40,039 nt of DNA from a virus: positions 1 through 40,039 of IMG/VR virus record IMGVR_UViG_3300028175_000008; one strand, given 5' to 3'. This document shows positions 22,783 through 33,455 of this stretch, piece after piece (position 1 is the first letter of the stretch; every line of letters begins with the position of its first letter). Both the position numbers and the translations under genes were made by a program. Below the pieces are notes generated by a model. That model made no database searches. It had not been told where the DNA came from and saw only the letters and a program-made list of their open reading frames with translations.

Positions 22783-22939
22783 ATGTGTTAGTTGTGATTG
22801 TGAAACTTTATATGATAAAGATACTCATATAGATAACCGATTAGGATATGTAGAAGGAGCAGGTCAACTTTGTTTGGATTGCTATGATAAAATTTACAGA
22901 ACAAAACAGAATAAGGATAGTAAAAATGAAAATGAATAG
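22757..22939 (+). CDS. Small Zn-finger protein
   Basis: CVSC...YVEGAGQLCLDC; start probably 22769 or 22772. Confidence 0.7.
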   Translation: MEGGMMKDKCVSCDCETLYDKDTHIDNRLGYVEGAGQLCLDCYDKIYRTKQNKDSKNENE

Positions 22940-23237
22940 ATGGTCAGGTTATACTAAGTATATTGTAATGGTGGATGGTGTAGTTGAAGCAATAGCAACT
23001 TATCCCGCATATATGGATTTTAAAAGAGTAAAGCTTGCTCTAACCCAAATATCGAAAGATGATAGTGGTGTATATTTATATGAAGGAGATAGGTATAAAC
23101 AACCTATCACTCAATCACGAGCTTTACAAATCTTAATGAAGATAGAAGAATGTAAATGGGACGATGGTATTAGAACTGTCGCAAAACAAATAAAGGCCAG
23201 TAATATGTTATCACCTCTTAAACGCGGGAGAAATTAG
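22926..23237 (+). CDS. Hypothetical protein
   Basis: AAGGA SD. Confidence 0.65.
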   Translation: MKMNRWSGYTKYIVMVDGVVEAIATYPAYMDFKRVKLALTQISKDDSGVYLYEGDRYKQPITQSRALQILMKIEECKWDDGIRTVAKQIKASNMLSPLKRGRN

Positions 23238-23624
23238 ATGGGTAAACAAGTAAAAAAATATGGTTATTCATGTGAACTTATAAGAGTTGTGGACGGAGAT
23301 ACATGCGACGCTTACATTTCATTAGGATTTGATGTAAGGGTCAAAAAGAGAATAAGATTTTACGGTGTTGATGCTTGGGAAAGTAGAACACGAGATTTAG
23401 AAGAAAAGAAATTGGGTTTAGCCGCGAAGGCATTTGTCAAAGACCTTTTAGAAAATTCTGATGATGGTAAGTTTTCAATTATATCACATGGAACTGGTAA
23501 GTATGGTAGAGTTCTCGGAGAGTTGTTTGTTAAAGGACACGATACTTCAGTAAATGAATTATTAAAAGAACATGGACACGCATACGAATATCATGGTGAA
23601 AAGAAAAAAGTATTTGGAAGTTAA
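23238..23624 (+). CDS. Thermonuclease (SNase) family protein
   Basis: VVDGDT, IRFYGVDAWE, GKYGRVLG. Confidence 0.9.
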   Translation: MGKQVKKYGYSCELIRVVDGDTCDAYISLGFDVRVKKRIRFYGVDAWESRTRDLEEKKLGLAAKAFVKDLLENSDDGKFSIISHGTGKYGRVLGELFVKGHDTSVNELLKEHGHAYEYHGEKKKVFGS

Positions 23625-24797
23625 ATGAAAAAATATAAAGACATATCAGAAATAGAAGAAGGTTGGGGTGACTTTAAAGATGCTGTAAGTGGTGGTCAGA
23701 CTCAAGCAGATTGGGTAGATCCAAACGGTAAATTGTATAAAGTTAAAGACACTCATATGGAGTTTGTAGCGAGACACCCAAAGTTATTTAAAACTGAAAT
23801 TGGAACTTTAAAACGAATCTTTGATAAACATAGTGAGGTATTTCCGAAACAAGAGAATAAAGCTCGCATAGAAATCCTAACCAAGATAGTAAAAAGAGGT
23901 TGGATACGAACCCGATACAGACCAAGAGAAGGTGCGTGGACATTGGAAACTTACAAGTGGGGAACTCGTGAAATTAAAGCAGCTCGTAAGTGGGCAAAGG
24001 TAAAGTCCGGTGGTAATACCCAATTTAGAATAAACTTTGTATCAACATCTAAACAAAAATTGATAGGACATTCATTTAGTATAGATTTGATAAAGAGTAA
24101 AGGTAATGATGTATTTGAAGCATGGATGAAAGAAATAATGGAAATCACAGAAAACGTTAATTTACAAGAAAGTTCTTTAAGTAGAATTTGGAAGCACGCC
24201 CAACTTCACCAAACTGGAACCATAACTGCATTTAGATATGCTCGTGATTGTGGTGAAGGTACGGTGTATACGAAAGGTGAAAATAAAGCAAGAAATAAAA
24301 AGTTGGAATCAAAATTATTAAGTAAGGGGTATGGTATTACTAAAATACAGGGAATTTATATTGAGAATTATAAATCTAATAATGAGATTGAAGTTAAAGA
24401 AGAATCATTTTTTGTGGTGGATTTAAAAGATAATAAAAAACTATTATTGAATTTAAAAAAATTAGGTAGAGAATTTGATCAAGATAGTATTTGCTTTGGA
24501 TTACATGGTGGCAAAAGATATACTGTATTTGGAACTAATGATTGTCCAAATGCATATCCTGGAAAAGGTAAAAATATAAAACTAGGAGATGCTATTTTTG
24601 GAAACAGTGGTAAATTTATGTCGAAAGTAAACGGTAGACCGTTTATATTTAATGGATCAGTTAAAACTAAATTACCAGAAATGATAACCTATGAATCATT
24701 ATCTATACAGTCAAAAGAAGTAGTAGATAAAATATCAAATACTACTTGGGAAAGTTTTTATGTATCCAATAAGGATATTTTAGAAAATGAAAAATAA
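23625..24797 (+). CDS. Two-domain hypothetical phage protein
   Basis: 390-aa ORF; C-terminal ESSLSRIW...ITAFR...EESFFV...FDQDSI. Confidence 0.8.
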   Translation: MKKYKDISEIEEGWGDFKDAVSGGQTQADWVDPNGKLYKVKDTHMEFVARHPKLFKTEIGTLKRIFDKHSEVFPKQENKARIEILTKIVKRGWIRTRYRPREGAWTLETYKWGTREIKAARKWAKVKSGGNTQFRINFVSTSKQKLIGHSFSIDLIKSKGNDVFEAWMKEIMEITENVNLQESSLSRIWKHAQLHQTGTITAFRYARDCGEGTVYTKGENKARNKKLESKLLSKGYGITKIQGIYIENYKSNNEIEVKEESFFVVDLKDNKKLLLNLKKLGREFDQDSICFGLHGGKRYTVFGTNDCPNAYPGKGKNIKLGDAIFGNSGKFMSKVNGRPFIFNGSVKTKLPEMITYESLSIQSKEVVDKISNTTWESFYVSNKDILENEK

Positions 24798-25030
24798 AAA
24801 GAAATCAATAACAAGTAAAATTAAAAAGTATTCATTAGTTAATATAATTGAGAATGATTATAAACAAAATAAACTGAACAAGAGGAAAACTGGTATTAGT
24901 TAGTACAAATCTCTGGGGAAAGAGAACAAGACATAGAAAAGAACAAGACCGTGACTTGGTAGAGGCACAAAATTTGGTTGTAATAAACATTCAAAAAAAC
25001 GTTATAAAAAAGATATAGAGGTCAAAGTAA

Positions 25031-25183
25031 ATGAGACAGCGTGATTGGTATGGTAATGTTAAATCTATTAAACCTAAGACGGATAAAGAAATAGATTCAG
25101 AAACAAAATGGATTATTATAAAGTGTGGATTAGCTTTAATAGTTGCCGGATTATATATGTATTTTATAATCTCGGGAGGATAA
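25031..25183 (+). CDS. 50-aa protein with a C-terminal TM
   Basis: GAGG SD; MRQRDWYGNVK...LALIVAGLYMYFII. Confidence 0.55.
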   Translation: MRQRDWYGNVKSIKPKTDKEIDSETKWIIIKCGLALIVAGLYMYFIISGG

Positions 25184-25188
25184 TATAA

Positions 25189-25365
25189 ATGAATAAGTAT
25201 AAGGTTATAAAAGATTACCCAACATCTAACGGTATTCTATATAAGAATGAGTTAGTTAAAGAAGATGGTAATTCTACTTTGAAAGGCCATCTTCGCGTAA
25301 AAGATACTATGGGTCGAATATGGTTTGTTCCAAAGGATAATTTAAAAATAAAAAATAAAGCTTGA
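25189..25365 (+). CDS. 58-aa protein, possibly SH3-like
   Basis: GGAGG SD; YKVIKDY...RVKDTMGRIWFVPK. Confidence 0.6.
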   Translation: MNKYKVIKDYPTSNGILYKNELVKEDGNSTLKGHLRVKDTMGRIWFVPKDNLKIKNKA

Positions 25366-25414
25366 CTTTTACGATTTTTCGTAGTATATTAAGGCAACAA
25401 ATGAGGAATAAAAA
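25351..25414 (+). promoter_or_regulatory. Promoter plus RBS module, exact 64-bp repeat copy 1
   Basis: TTGACT 25362-N17-TATATT 25385, GAGG SD; identical to 39623-39686. Confidence 0.92.
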
Positions 25415-25417
25415 GTT

Positions 25418-28400
25418 ATGAATGAATTAATAAAAGAACTTACAATTGAAAGTTTTGCAGAATATCCTGATAAAATGGATCCTGTTAAAATAAAGGCCAT
25501 AGAATCTCAATTATTTAAAAGTAGTCAGGTAAGAAAATACCGAGAGAAGAAAATTAAAAAGACTATGAAAAAAGTTATGACGAAATATAATATACCATCA
25601 GTATCGAAAAGAGTACAAAGAAAATTTGTGTTCTTTTGGGAAAATCAAGACGGACATTTTGTTTTTGAGTCTGCGGGTGAATACAAACTTGATTTAAAAA
25701 ATAACAAGAATTTAACAGACGACCAAATTTGCAGAAGGCGACTTAAACAAGGAAATAAGAAAACTTTTGACTGGCAAAATATTACATTGTGGCCAATTGA
25801 AGTAACAGATTGGGTTGAAGATAATTATATTTTATTTGAGAAAAATAAAATTAATAATAAAGGCAAAAAGAGAAGTTCACAAGAATTACATAAAAGTATT
25901 CAAACAACCGTAGAAAATACTATTCTCAGAAAAGTATTAACTACTGGTGGGTATTCTATTAATCGCCCACAGGGTACAGAAGTTCATAAGTTACCTCCAG
26001 GAAAGACTATAAAAGATGCTTTTGAATTGGTAAACGAATATTTATTTGGGATATCGAATCCAAGAATTTTTGAACCAAGAGAGAAAACTACAAAGTTTTT
26101 ACTCAAACATATTAGAAAAATTATAAAAGTTACTAGACCAGTAATATTTCCAATGGCGAAATATTTGTATGGAGTTGCAACAGGAGTGGGAAAAACAGCA
26201 GACTTTCTGTTTGGGTGTCAGTTGTGGATGAAACTTACAAAACACAATGTACATTTGTGTGTTACTTCAATGCCAGATACCAGAAAAGATTTGTGTAGAG
26301 ATGTAAGAGATGGGAAACCTTTTCAAAATATTATTGTGTGGGTTCCAGATAAACACTATAAAGATTTGGTGTATTTGTTGAAAGAACGGGTAAGACCATT
26401 TAGTCAGATTAAAGATATACATAATTTACCAGATAACAATCATGTTATTTCATTGGGTGTTCAAGATGCCAGAGGTGAAGAAGGTGAAAAGTATAAGGAT
26501 ATTCTTGAACAGTTTAAGTATGGTGTGTATGGTAAGGATGAAGTTCATACTAATCAAGGTGAATTTAGTAAGTTTGCTACGAATGTAGAGAAATATCTTA
26601 CATGGGGATTGGCAGTTTATATGACTGGTACTCCTGAACAATTTGTATTAGAGTATTCTGAATTTACAGAAGAAAATAGACATTTGTTTTTGATGAATGA
26701 TGTTTATATAGCTAAAAAAGAAGGTGATCCTGATTTTATAGATGTTCCTTGGAGAAATATTATGATAAATGATTTCGAAGGTGCACAATTAGAAGTTGCT
26801 AGAATCTTAAACTTAGAAGATGATGAATTACATACATTAAAGAAACAATGGAGTTGGGATACAGTAAATAAGTTGTTTACTCACGAAACAGCAGTCAGAG
26901 AATTGATTAAAATTCGTTTTGGGGTTGGTGTTTACGCTGGTAGTTCAAGGTGTTTTTGGGGAACAGGCAGTGGACTTGCAAAGTATTCAAGGAAGGTAGG
27001 TATTGTATGTATAGAGTCAGGTAACATTAAAGAAAAAGGTTTTCATCTCAAGAAAATTATCAAAGAAGAAGTCGGTATTAAAGTTTTTTCAGCACATGAA
27101 TCCAGAACTGCATATGATGATTTTTTGAACTTTTGTAATAATACCGATGAAGATTGTGTGTATATTACACACGATAAAGATATGACTGGTAAAAACAATA
27201 AACATATTAACTGGGGATGGTTTAGTCTTAACATAAATAGTGTAGTTAGAGCTAATCAAGGATGTGGTAGATTTGTTAGAAAATTATTGGGTAAGACAGA
27301 TGTTTATATATTTTTTGATAATCCTAATACCGCATTTGCTATTACAATAGATCCAATTGAAGCAATATCTGATAATCCAGGTACTACTATAGAAACAGCA
27401 CAGAAAGTATCAAAAGTTGCAACTTATTGGTTAGAGGGAAGTGAAAGGTGGGAAAAGGCTGAAGTACCAGACATAGTAAAACATATTAATGATAATGATC
27501 CTATTGGTACCAGAGGATTATTTAGTTACCGACATATAAATCCTAACGCAGAATGTCCTATAGATTTAGTAGGAGTAATAAACGCCGGAAAAGTGTCGAG
27601 AAGTGCTAGTCAAAAACTTTCTAATACAATAGCATCTCAAGGAAAAAATAAAATTGTACGTAAGAAAAAATTAAATAAGAATGAAATAAGTAAATGGAAT
27701 AATGAGTATAGAAAAAGTTTGTCGGAAAGTATAGGAAAATTATCATATGCAGTAATACATACTGATTTATATACATTAGATAGTATACTAAAAAATCCTA
27801 CAATATCTTTTAATGGTATAGATAAGACATTAGAAGAAGTATGTGGTACATCATTATCCTTTTCAGAAATACAAGACGCGATAGATAAAGATTGTGTAAG
27901 TTCTTTTTCTGTAAATAGAAGTTTAGCAAAAGTTAGAACACACTTTCTTGATATATTGGAAACGGGTTTAGTAGAAGATTTATTAGAATCTTTTTGTTAC
28001 ATTCGGGTAGCAGATTCTAGAACAAATTTTGTTGCAGAACCAATTAATTTTGTCAAAACTATTATTGAAAAGTTATTAAATGTAATGGTGGATGATGGAG
28101 TTGATTTTGAGAATACAACATTCGGTGATATATGTGCCGGGCGTGGATCATTTTTAATTGCAATTTTAATTTTAGCTAAAAAATATAATTTTAACATACT
28201 TCCAAAGAATATTTATTATAATGATATAGATCCTACATGGGTAGAATTTTTTAAAAAAATCAATAAAGAATACAAGTTGGGTATTCCAGAAGAAAATATT
28301 TTTAATGAAGATGTATTTAATCCATCTCAAAAATTTAAGGAGATTCTTATGAAAGGATTTGATGTAACACTTGGTAACTGGCCATTTGGAAATAAAAACA

Positions 28401-29197
28401 ACAAAATATGGGATAAATTTGATAGGTTAGTTTTAGATAAAAATAAAATAAATACTAAATATGTTTTAAGAATAGCACCCTCTGGTTGGAGAAATGTAGA
28501 TGGAAATCAGAAAGATATTCAACGAAAGATATTTAAGGAGATGGATTTACTATATCTTGAAATGTATGATGAAAGTGGTGGACTTGATACCTTTGGAAAA
28601 GAGACACGATTTGATTGGGCATTATGGAAAAATAGTAAAACCAAAAATCTTAAAACAGAAATTAAATTTCAAGATGGTAGTGTTGCTCATATTTATACTA
28701 CTAACTTAGAATTTTTACCAAATTATGATTATGAAAAATATAATTCTCAGTTAGCAAGTGGAAATGAAGAACGGGTTGAAGTCTCATATGATCGTTCTAT
28801 GTACGGAACAGATAAACCCCATATGTCGCGAGAAAATGTATCTGAATATCCTTGTAGTTATACGATAAACAATGAAGGTATTCTTACAAATGGTAATGGA
28901 GAGAATAGACCTTGGTATTCGAGTATTAAAAAGGGACATTTTGGAATCCCAAAACTCATTTGGAGTAATGGGCGAATTACTTCAATTGGTAGTTATGTAG
29001 ACGATACTGGTAAATATGGATTAACACAATATTCATATGCTATTGTCGATACACCAGAAAATTTACCACTTATTAAGAAGGCTTTTGATTCAGAAGAGTT
29101 TAGAAGTTTAATGATGTCTTGTGCAGTTACTCAAAATCAGATTAATTATAAAGTTATATCATTATTTAAAAAGGATTTTTGGAGAGAATTTATATAA
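25418..29197 (+). CDS. SF2 helicase-DNA methyltransferase fusion (Type ISP/IIG-like)
   Basis: ATGVGKT, KDEVH, MTGTP, NQGCGRFVR; DICAGRGSF motif I, GNWPF motif IV, C-terminal TRD-like region. Confidence 0.8.
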   Translation: MNELIKELTIESFAEYPDKMDPVKIKAIESQLFKSSQVRKYREKKIKKTMKKVMTKYNIPSVSKRVQRKFVFFWENQDGHFVFESAGEYKLDLKNNKNLTDDQICRRRLKQGNKKTFDWQNITLWPIEVTDWVEDNYILFEKNKINNKGKKRSSQELHKSIQTTVENTILRKVLTTGGYSINRPQGTEVHKLPPGKTIKDAFELVNEYLFGISNPRIFEPREKTTKFLLKHIRKIIKVTRPVIFPMAKYLYGVATGVGKTADFLFGCQLWMKLTKHNVHLCVTSMPDTRKDLCRDVRDGKPFQNIIVWVPDKHYKDLVYLLKERVRPFSQIKDIHNLPDNNHVISLGVQDARGEEGEKYKDILEQFKYGVYGKDEVHTNQGEFSKFATNVEKYLTWGLAVYMTGTPEQFVLEYSEFTEENRHLFLMNDVYIAKKEGDPDFIDVPWRNIMINDFEGAQLEVARILNLEDDELHTLKKQWSWDTVNKLFTHETAVRELIKIRFGVGVYAGSSRCFWGTGSGLAKYSRKVGIVCIESGNIKEKGFHLKKIIKEEVGIKVFSAHESRTAYDDFLNFCNNTDEDCVYITHDKDMTGKNNKHINWGWFSLNINSVVRANQGCGRFVRKLLGKTDVYIFFDNPNTAFAITIDPIEAISDNPGTTIETAQKVSKVATYWLEGSERWEKAEVPDIVKHINDNDPIGTRGLFSYRHINPNAECPIDLVGVINAGKVSRSASQKLSNTIASQGKNKIVRKKKLNKNEISKWNNEYRKSLSESIGKLSYAVIHTDLYTLDSILKNPTISFNGIDKTLEEVCGTSLSFSEIQDAIDKDCVSSFSVNRSLAKVRTHFLDILETGLVEDLLESFCYIRVADSRTNFVAEPINFVKTIIEKLLNVMVDDGVDFENTTFGDICAGRGSFLIAILILAKKYNFNILPKNIYYNDIDPTWVEFFKKINKEYKLGIPEENIFNEDVFNPSQKFKEILMKGFDVTLGNWPFGNKNNKIWDKFDRLVLDKNKINTKYVLRIAPSGWRNVDGNQKDIQRKIFKEMDLLYLEMYDESGGLDTFGKETRFDWALWKNSKTKNLKTEIKFQDGSVAHIYTTNLEFLPNYDYEKYNSQLASGNEERVEVSYDRSMYGTDKPHMSRENVSEYPCSYTINNEGILTNGNGENRPWYSSIKKGHFGIPKLIWSNGRITSIGSYVDDTGKYGLTQYSYAIVDTPENLPLIKKAFDSEEFRSLMMSCAVTQNQINYKVISLFKKDFWREFI

Positions 29198-29694
29198 TGA
29201 TAAAGGAGTTTATTAAACATAGTCGTCATTTTAGTTATATGAGTGGAATTGAACGAGATAAACTTAGAGTTAAAGAAACTTCAGAAGTATTTACACCTAC
29301 TAAAGATATACAAGAAAAATTAGATATACTTGAAAAAGAAGATCCGGAGTTATTTTTAAATTCAAATAAAACATTTTTAGAACCATCTTGTGGAGATGGC
29401 CAATTCCTTTCAGAAGTAGTAATAAGAAAAATGGAAAGAAGTAATTGTACATTAGAACAGGTATTATCCACCACATACGGAGTAGAATTGATGGAAGATA
29501 ATGTTAAGTTATGTAAAGAAAGATTGGCAGGTCCAAATCCTACACAAGAAATATTAGATATATTAGACAAGAATATAGTGTGTGCAGATGCATTAACATA
29601 TCATTATAGATTTGATGACACTCATCCAACTAATAGTTATGCTGAAAATAAGTCCGGTGAATTTTTTGATTTTAAAAATAAAAAGACGTTTTGA
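29197..29694 (+). CDS. Short SAM-dependent DNA methyltransferase-like protein
   Basis: EVFTP, FLEPSCGDGQFL, YGVEL, NIVCADAL; no NPPY-type motif. Confidence 0.8.
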   Translation: MIKEFIKHSRHFSYMSGIERDKLRVKETSEVFTPTKDIQEKLDILEKEDPELFLNSNKTFLEPSCGDGQFLSEVVIRKMERSNCTLEQVLSTTYGVELMEDNVKLCKERLAGPNPTQEILDILDKNIVCADALTYHYRFDDTHPTNSYAENKSGEFFDFKNKKTF

Positions 29695-29729
29695 AAAATT
29701 ACGTGATATATATAGATGAGTATAAAAAT

Positions 29730-29791
29730 TTGTCGCTCAATAGAGGACAATAACATAACCGAATGTCAAGGCTCAAAAGAGATTGATGTTC
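29730..29791 (+). promoter_or_regulatory. Twin-hairpin leader of hsp20
   Basis: Two hairpins capped by GCTC-AA(T/A)A-GAG. Confidence 0.5.
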
Positions 29792-29825
29792 ATAGTTGAC
29801 TAACGTAACTAACAGGAGAAATAAC

Positions 29826-30299
29826 ATGACTAAAGTTGCACTTCACACAGGTATCCCTTTTTTCGATAGAGATACATTCTTAACACCATTTGACGCATTA
29901 TTTGACCAAGTGGTAAACACACAATTTCCAGACATAGCAAAGACGGTTGGGGTGAATCCGTATAAAGGTTCATCGTATCCAAAAATAAATGTTTATGAAT
30001 GGGATGATAAAGTTGGCATCATCGCAGAAATTCCAGGACTTCGTAAGAAGGATTTGAACATTCAAGTTGAAGATGGTATCTTAACTATTTCAGGTAATAA
30101 ACATAATACATTTGACGTTGACGGTGCTAAAGTACTTCGTAGAGAGTTGAAGCAATCTTCATTCAAACGTTCATTTGAATTAGGTGAATTACTTGATGGA
30201 GAAAATATATCAGCTAAATTTGAAGATGGTATATTATCTATAGAACTTCCCAAAATAGAACCAGAAATTCCGATGGTTAATATAGTAAAAATTTCATAA
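29826..30299 (+). CDS. Hsp20/alpha-crystallin small heat-shock protein
   Basis: YPKINV, AEIPG, LTISG, FKRSFELG, AKFEDGILSIELPK; CAGGAG SD. Confidence 0.93.
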   Translation: MTKVALHTGIPFFDRDTFLTPFDALFDQVVNTQFPDIAKTVGVNPYKGSSYPKINVYEWDDKVGIIAEIPGLRKKDLNIQVEDGILTISGNKHNTFDVDGAKVLRRELKQSSFKRSFELGELLDGENISAKFEDGILSIELPKIEPEIPMVNIVKIS

Positions 30300-30327
30300 A
30301 ATAGAAATTATTACTATTATATAATAG

Positions 30328-30392
30328 AGTGGGTTCAACCAATTTTTAGTTTCCATTATAAACAAACTTAAAAACAACCGAGCCCACTTTTA
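30328..30392 (+). terminator. Long imperfect hairpin between hsp20 and groES
   Basis: AGTGGGTTC/GAGCCCACT closing stem followed by TTTT. Confidence 0.5.
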
Positions 30393-30435
30393 TTATATCA
30401 AAATAATATAACTAATAAATACAGGAGAAAGTAAA

Positions 30436-30726
30436 ATGAGTTATAGTATCAATCCGTTATCGGATAGAGTAGTTATAGAAGCCGCAGAAGCTGATGAAGT
30501 TTCCACCGGTGGAATTATTCTTCCCGATACGGCACAAGAAAAACCGCAACGCGGTAAAGTAGTAGCAGTTGGTCCAGGCAGGACAACTGATAGTGGAACA
30601 TTAGTAAGTCCATCCGTTAGTGTAAATGATGAAGTCCTATATGGAAAATATAGTGGAACTGAAATCAATATTGATGGAAGTGATTTATTAATTGTTCGTG
30701 AGAATGACATAATGGCTAAGTTATAG
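30436..30726 (+). CDS. groES: Co-chaperonin GroES
   Basis: PLSDRV, GGIILP mobile loop, VVAVGPG, KYSGTE, RENDIMA. Confidence 0.97.
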   Translation: MSYSINPLSDRVVIEAAEADEVSTGGIILPDTAQEKPQRGKVVAVGPGRTTDSGTLVSPSVSVNDEVLYGKYSGTEINIDGSDLLIVRENDIMAKL

Positions 30727-30735
30727 GAGAATGAA

Positions 30736-32367
30736 ATGGCTAAAGAAATAAAATACAATGCTCAATCCCACTCAGCTTTGATGTCTGGTGTAGACCAACT
30801 TGCAAACGCGGTTAAGGTTACATTAGGTCCAAAGGGTAGGAATGTAGTTATTGAAAAGAAGTTCGGTTCTCCGCTCATAACCAAAGATGGGGTTACAGTA
30901 GCAAAGGAAATTGAACTTGAAGATAAGTTTGAAAGTGTAGGGGCAGAGTTATTGAAAGAAGTTGCGTCAAGAACATCTGATATAGCTGGTGATGGTACAA
31001 CTACCGCCACGGTTCTCGCACAGGCCATCATAAACGAAGGAGTGAAGAATGTTACAGCGGGTGCAAATCCAATGTCCATTAAACGTGGGATTGATTTTGC
31101 ATCAAGTAAAGTTGTAGAGTCCATCCGTAACGCAGCTAAAGACCTTCCAGATTCAAATCAAATTGCTCAAGTAGCTACAATCTCAGCAAATGATGATAGT
31201 GAGATTGGTGGAAAGATTGCTGAGGCAATGGAAAAAGTTGGTAAAGACGGTGTTATTACTGTAGAAGAAAGTAAGACAGCTGAAACATATTTGGATTTCG
31301 TAGAAGGAATGCAATTTGATCGTGGTTATCTTTCACCATACTTCGTAACCGATTCTGATAATATGGAAGCAGTTCTTGAAGATCCATATATCTTATTACA
31401 TGACAAGAAGATTTCCAATGTGAAAGACGTTCTACCTATTTTGGAGAAAGTAGTTCAGACAGGAAAACCAATCGTCATAGTAGCTGAAGATGTAGATGGT
31501 GAAGCACTCGCGGCACTCGTAGTGAATAAACTCCGTGGAACATTCAAAGTTCTTGCAGTGAAGGCACCAGGATTTGGAGACAGACGTAAATCAATGTTAG
31601 AAGATATTGCGACACTCACCGGAGCAACCGTAATTTCTGAAGAAGCTGGTCATAAATTAGAGAACACAACTCTTGATTTTATGGGAACCTGTTCACGTGT
31701 TGTATCCGACAAAGACAATACAACCGTCGTTGGTGGTAGTGGTGATGTAGATACAATTAAATCTCGTATTAATGAAATCAAAGTTCAGATTGAAAAATCC
31801 ACTTCCGATTATGATATTGAGAAGTTACAAGAGCGACTTGCTAAACTAAGTGGTGGAGTTGCAGTACTAAATGTTGGAGCACCAACTGAAGTTGAAATGA
31901 AAGAGAAGAAAGCTCGTGTGGAAGATGCGTTACACGCAACCCGAGCAGCAGTTGAAGAAGGTATCGTCGCTGGTGGTGGTGTTACTCTACTTCGTGCTAT
32001 TTCAGCTCTTGACGATGTATCAGTAGATGATGAACAAATGGTTGGAGTGAATATCATGAGAAAAGCACTTCAAGCACCACTTCGTCAAATCTGTGAAAAT
32101 GCTGGTGAAGAATCTTCCGTCGTAGCACGTGAAGTTCTTAATAGTAAAAATGGAACTGGGTTTGATGCTCGTAGTGGAGAATATGTAGATATGTTCAAGG
32201 CTGGCATTATTGATCCAGCTAAGGTTACACGTGTAGCAGTAGAGAACGCAAGTTCAATCGCTGGTATGTTACTCACAACGGAGGCCGTTATTACGGAAAT
32301 TCCAAGTGACGACACATCACCTATGATGCCACCAGGCGGAATGGGTGGAATGCCAGGCATGATGTAA
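30736..32367 (+). CDS. groEL: Chaperonin GroEL
   Basis: [36 protein letters not shown] tail. Confidence 0.98.
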   Translation: MAKEIKYNAQSHSALMSGVDQLANAVKVTLGPKGRNVVIEKKFGSPLITKDGVTVAKEIELEDKFESVGAELLKEVASRTSDIAGDGTTTATVLAQAIINEGVKNVTAGANPMSIKRGIDFASSKVVESIRNAAKDLPDSNQIAQVATISANDDSEIGGKIAEAMEKVGKDGVITVEESKTAETYLDFVEGMQFDRGYLSPYFVTDSDNMEAVLEDPYILLHDKKISNVKDVLPILEKVVQTGKPIVIVAEDVDGEALAALVVNKLRGTFKVLAVKAPGFGDRRKSMLEDIATLTGATVISEEAGHKLENTTLDFMGTCSRVVSDKDNTTVVGGSGDVDTIKSRINEIKVQIEKSTSDYDIEKLQERLAKLSGGVAVLNVGAPTEVEMKEKKARVEDALHATRAAVEEGIVAGGGVTLLRAISALDDVSVDDEQMVGVNIMRKALQAPLRQICENAGEESSVVAREVLNSKNGTGFDARSGEYVDMFKAGIIDPAKVTRVAVENASSIAGMLLTTEAVITEIPSDDTSPMMPPGGMGGMPGMM

Positions 32368-32415
32368 ATCCACATTGGTAGTGGGATCACAATAAGTGGT
32401 CCCACTATTATGGAT
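32368..32415. terminator. Strong hairpin after groEL
   Basis: TAGTGGGATCAC-AATAA-GTGGTCCCACTA; no clear T-tract. Confidence 0.65.
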
Positions 32416-32422
32416 ATTATAA

Positions 32423-32605
32423 ATGGATATAATAAATGTAAAAGATACTTTATATCAAGTATTAGGTAAAATGGATGTAGATAAAACAAATGAAAAGGGA
32501 ACAGATTACTGGAAAGATAAATACGGTGCAGACGCAGTACTTCGCAATGGTAATAAGTTCTATTTCTGTATGACTATAATAGACGCAGAATTTGATGATA
32601 TTTAG
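32423..32605 (+). CDS. Hypothetical protein
   Basis: ORF track. Confidence 0.6.
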   Translation: MDIINVKDTLYQVLGKMDVDKTNEKGTDYWKDKYGADAVLRNGNKFYFCMTIIDAEFDDI

Positions 32606-32643
32606 GTAAAATCTATATTTATTACCAACAGGAGAAGTATATT

Positions 32644-32871
32644 ATGTCCAATAAACAGGAAATGGTCAACTTTAAAATTTTAATACGTAGATTAAAAGAA
32701 CTTGGAATTGATCCAGGAGAAGGTGATGGTAAAAGAGTTTATGGTGACGGTGAAGATAGAATAGATTTAATAGAACTCCCAGTCCAACCAGAAATATTTG
32801 AGTTGTTGAGTAAAGATGAAAAAGAAGCTTTATACATTTGGTTGAATAGATATAATATGCCACAGTCGTAG
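32644..32871 (+). CDS. Hypothetical protein
   Basis: CAGGAG SD. Confidence 0.7.
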   Translation: MSNKQEMVNFKILIRRLKELGIDPGEGDGKRVYGDGEDRIDLIELPVQPEIFELLSKDEKEALYIWLNRYNMPQS

Positions 32872-33455
32872 TGAATGATAAGTTATTAGAATTAAAAAGA
32901 AAAAAGTTACAACATCAAATCCTATATTTAAAAACTGAACTTGAAGAAACTACATTTATTTTTAATGATAGTTTAGTTGAGTTTGAAAAGGAATTTGGTG
33001 AGTATTTTAGAAAGAAAAAAACTTCTAAAGATGCTAAAAGAGTAGCTACGGATCCTATTGAATATGATATTCCAGAAAAGGATGTGAATATAGTATTTAA
33101 AAAGATAGCTCAAAAAACTCATCCTGATAAACTTGAAAACAAAAATATTTCTCAAGTTAGGCATAATAAATTAGTAGATTTATACAAAGAAGCATTAGGA
33201 TCAGTAAAGAATAAAGATTGGTCAAGAGTGATGGAAATAGCAATGGAATTAGGAATTGACATTTCTAAAATTAAAAAAGATGATAGTAAGTATTTAGAAG
33301 AAAGTGTAAAGAAACTTACAGAGAAGATACATGAACTCAAAGGAACTTACGCTTGGCAATGGAAAGATACCCCAGAAGAAAATAAAGAAATAGTGAAAGA
33401 GGGAATGTTAAAATCTCTCGGACTAAACATTAACGAGGAGAAAAACGATGAGTAA
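32871..33455 (+). CDS. J-domain (DnaJ-like) protein
   Basis: FKKIAQKTHPDK HPD motif after an N-terminal coiled coil. Confidence 0.75.
   Translation: MNDKLLELKRKKLQHQILYLKTELEETTFIFNDSLVEFEKEFGEYFRKKKTSKDAKRVATDPIEYDIPEKDVNIVFKKIAQKTHPDKLENKNISQVRHNKLVDLYKEALGSVKNKDWSRVMEIAMELGIDISKIKKDDSKYLEESVKKLTEKIHELKGTYAWQWKDTPEENKEIVKEGMLKSLGLNINEEKNDE

Noticed and set aside
24854-25018. TGA read-through ORF (MIINKIN*TRGKLV...)
   Set aside because: A single short case with no SECIS-like or other support; more likely decayed or non-coding
29700-30435. CIRCE operator upstream of hsp20 or groES
   Set aside because: No TTAGCACTC-N9-GAGTGCTAA found
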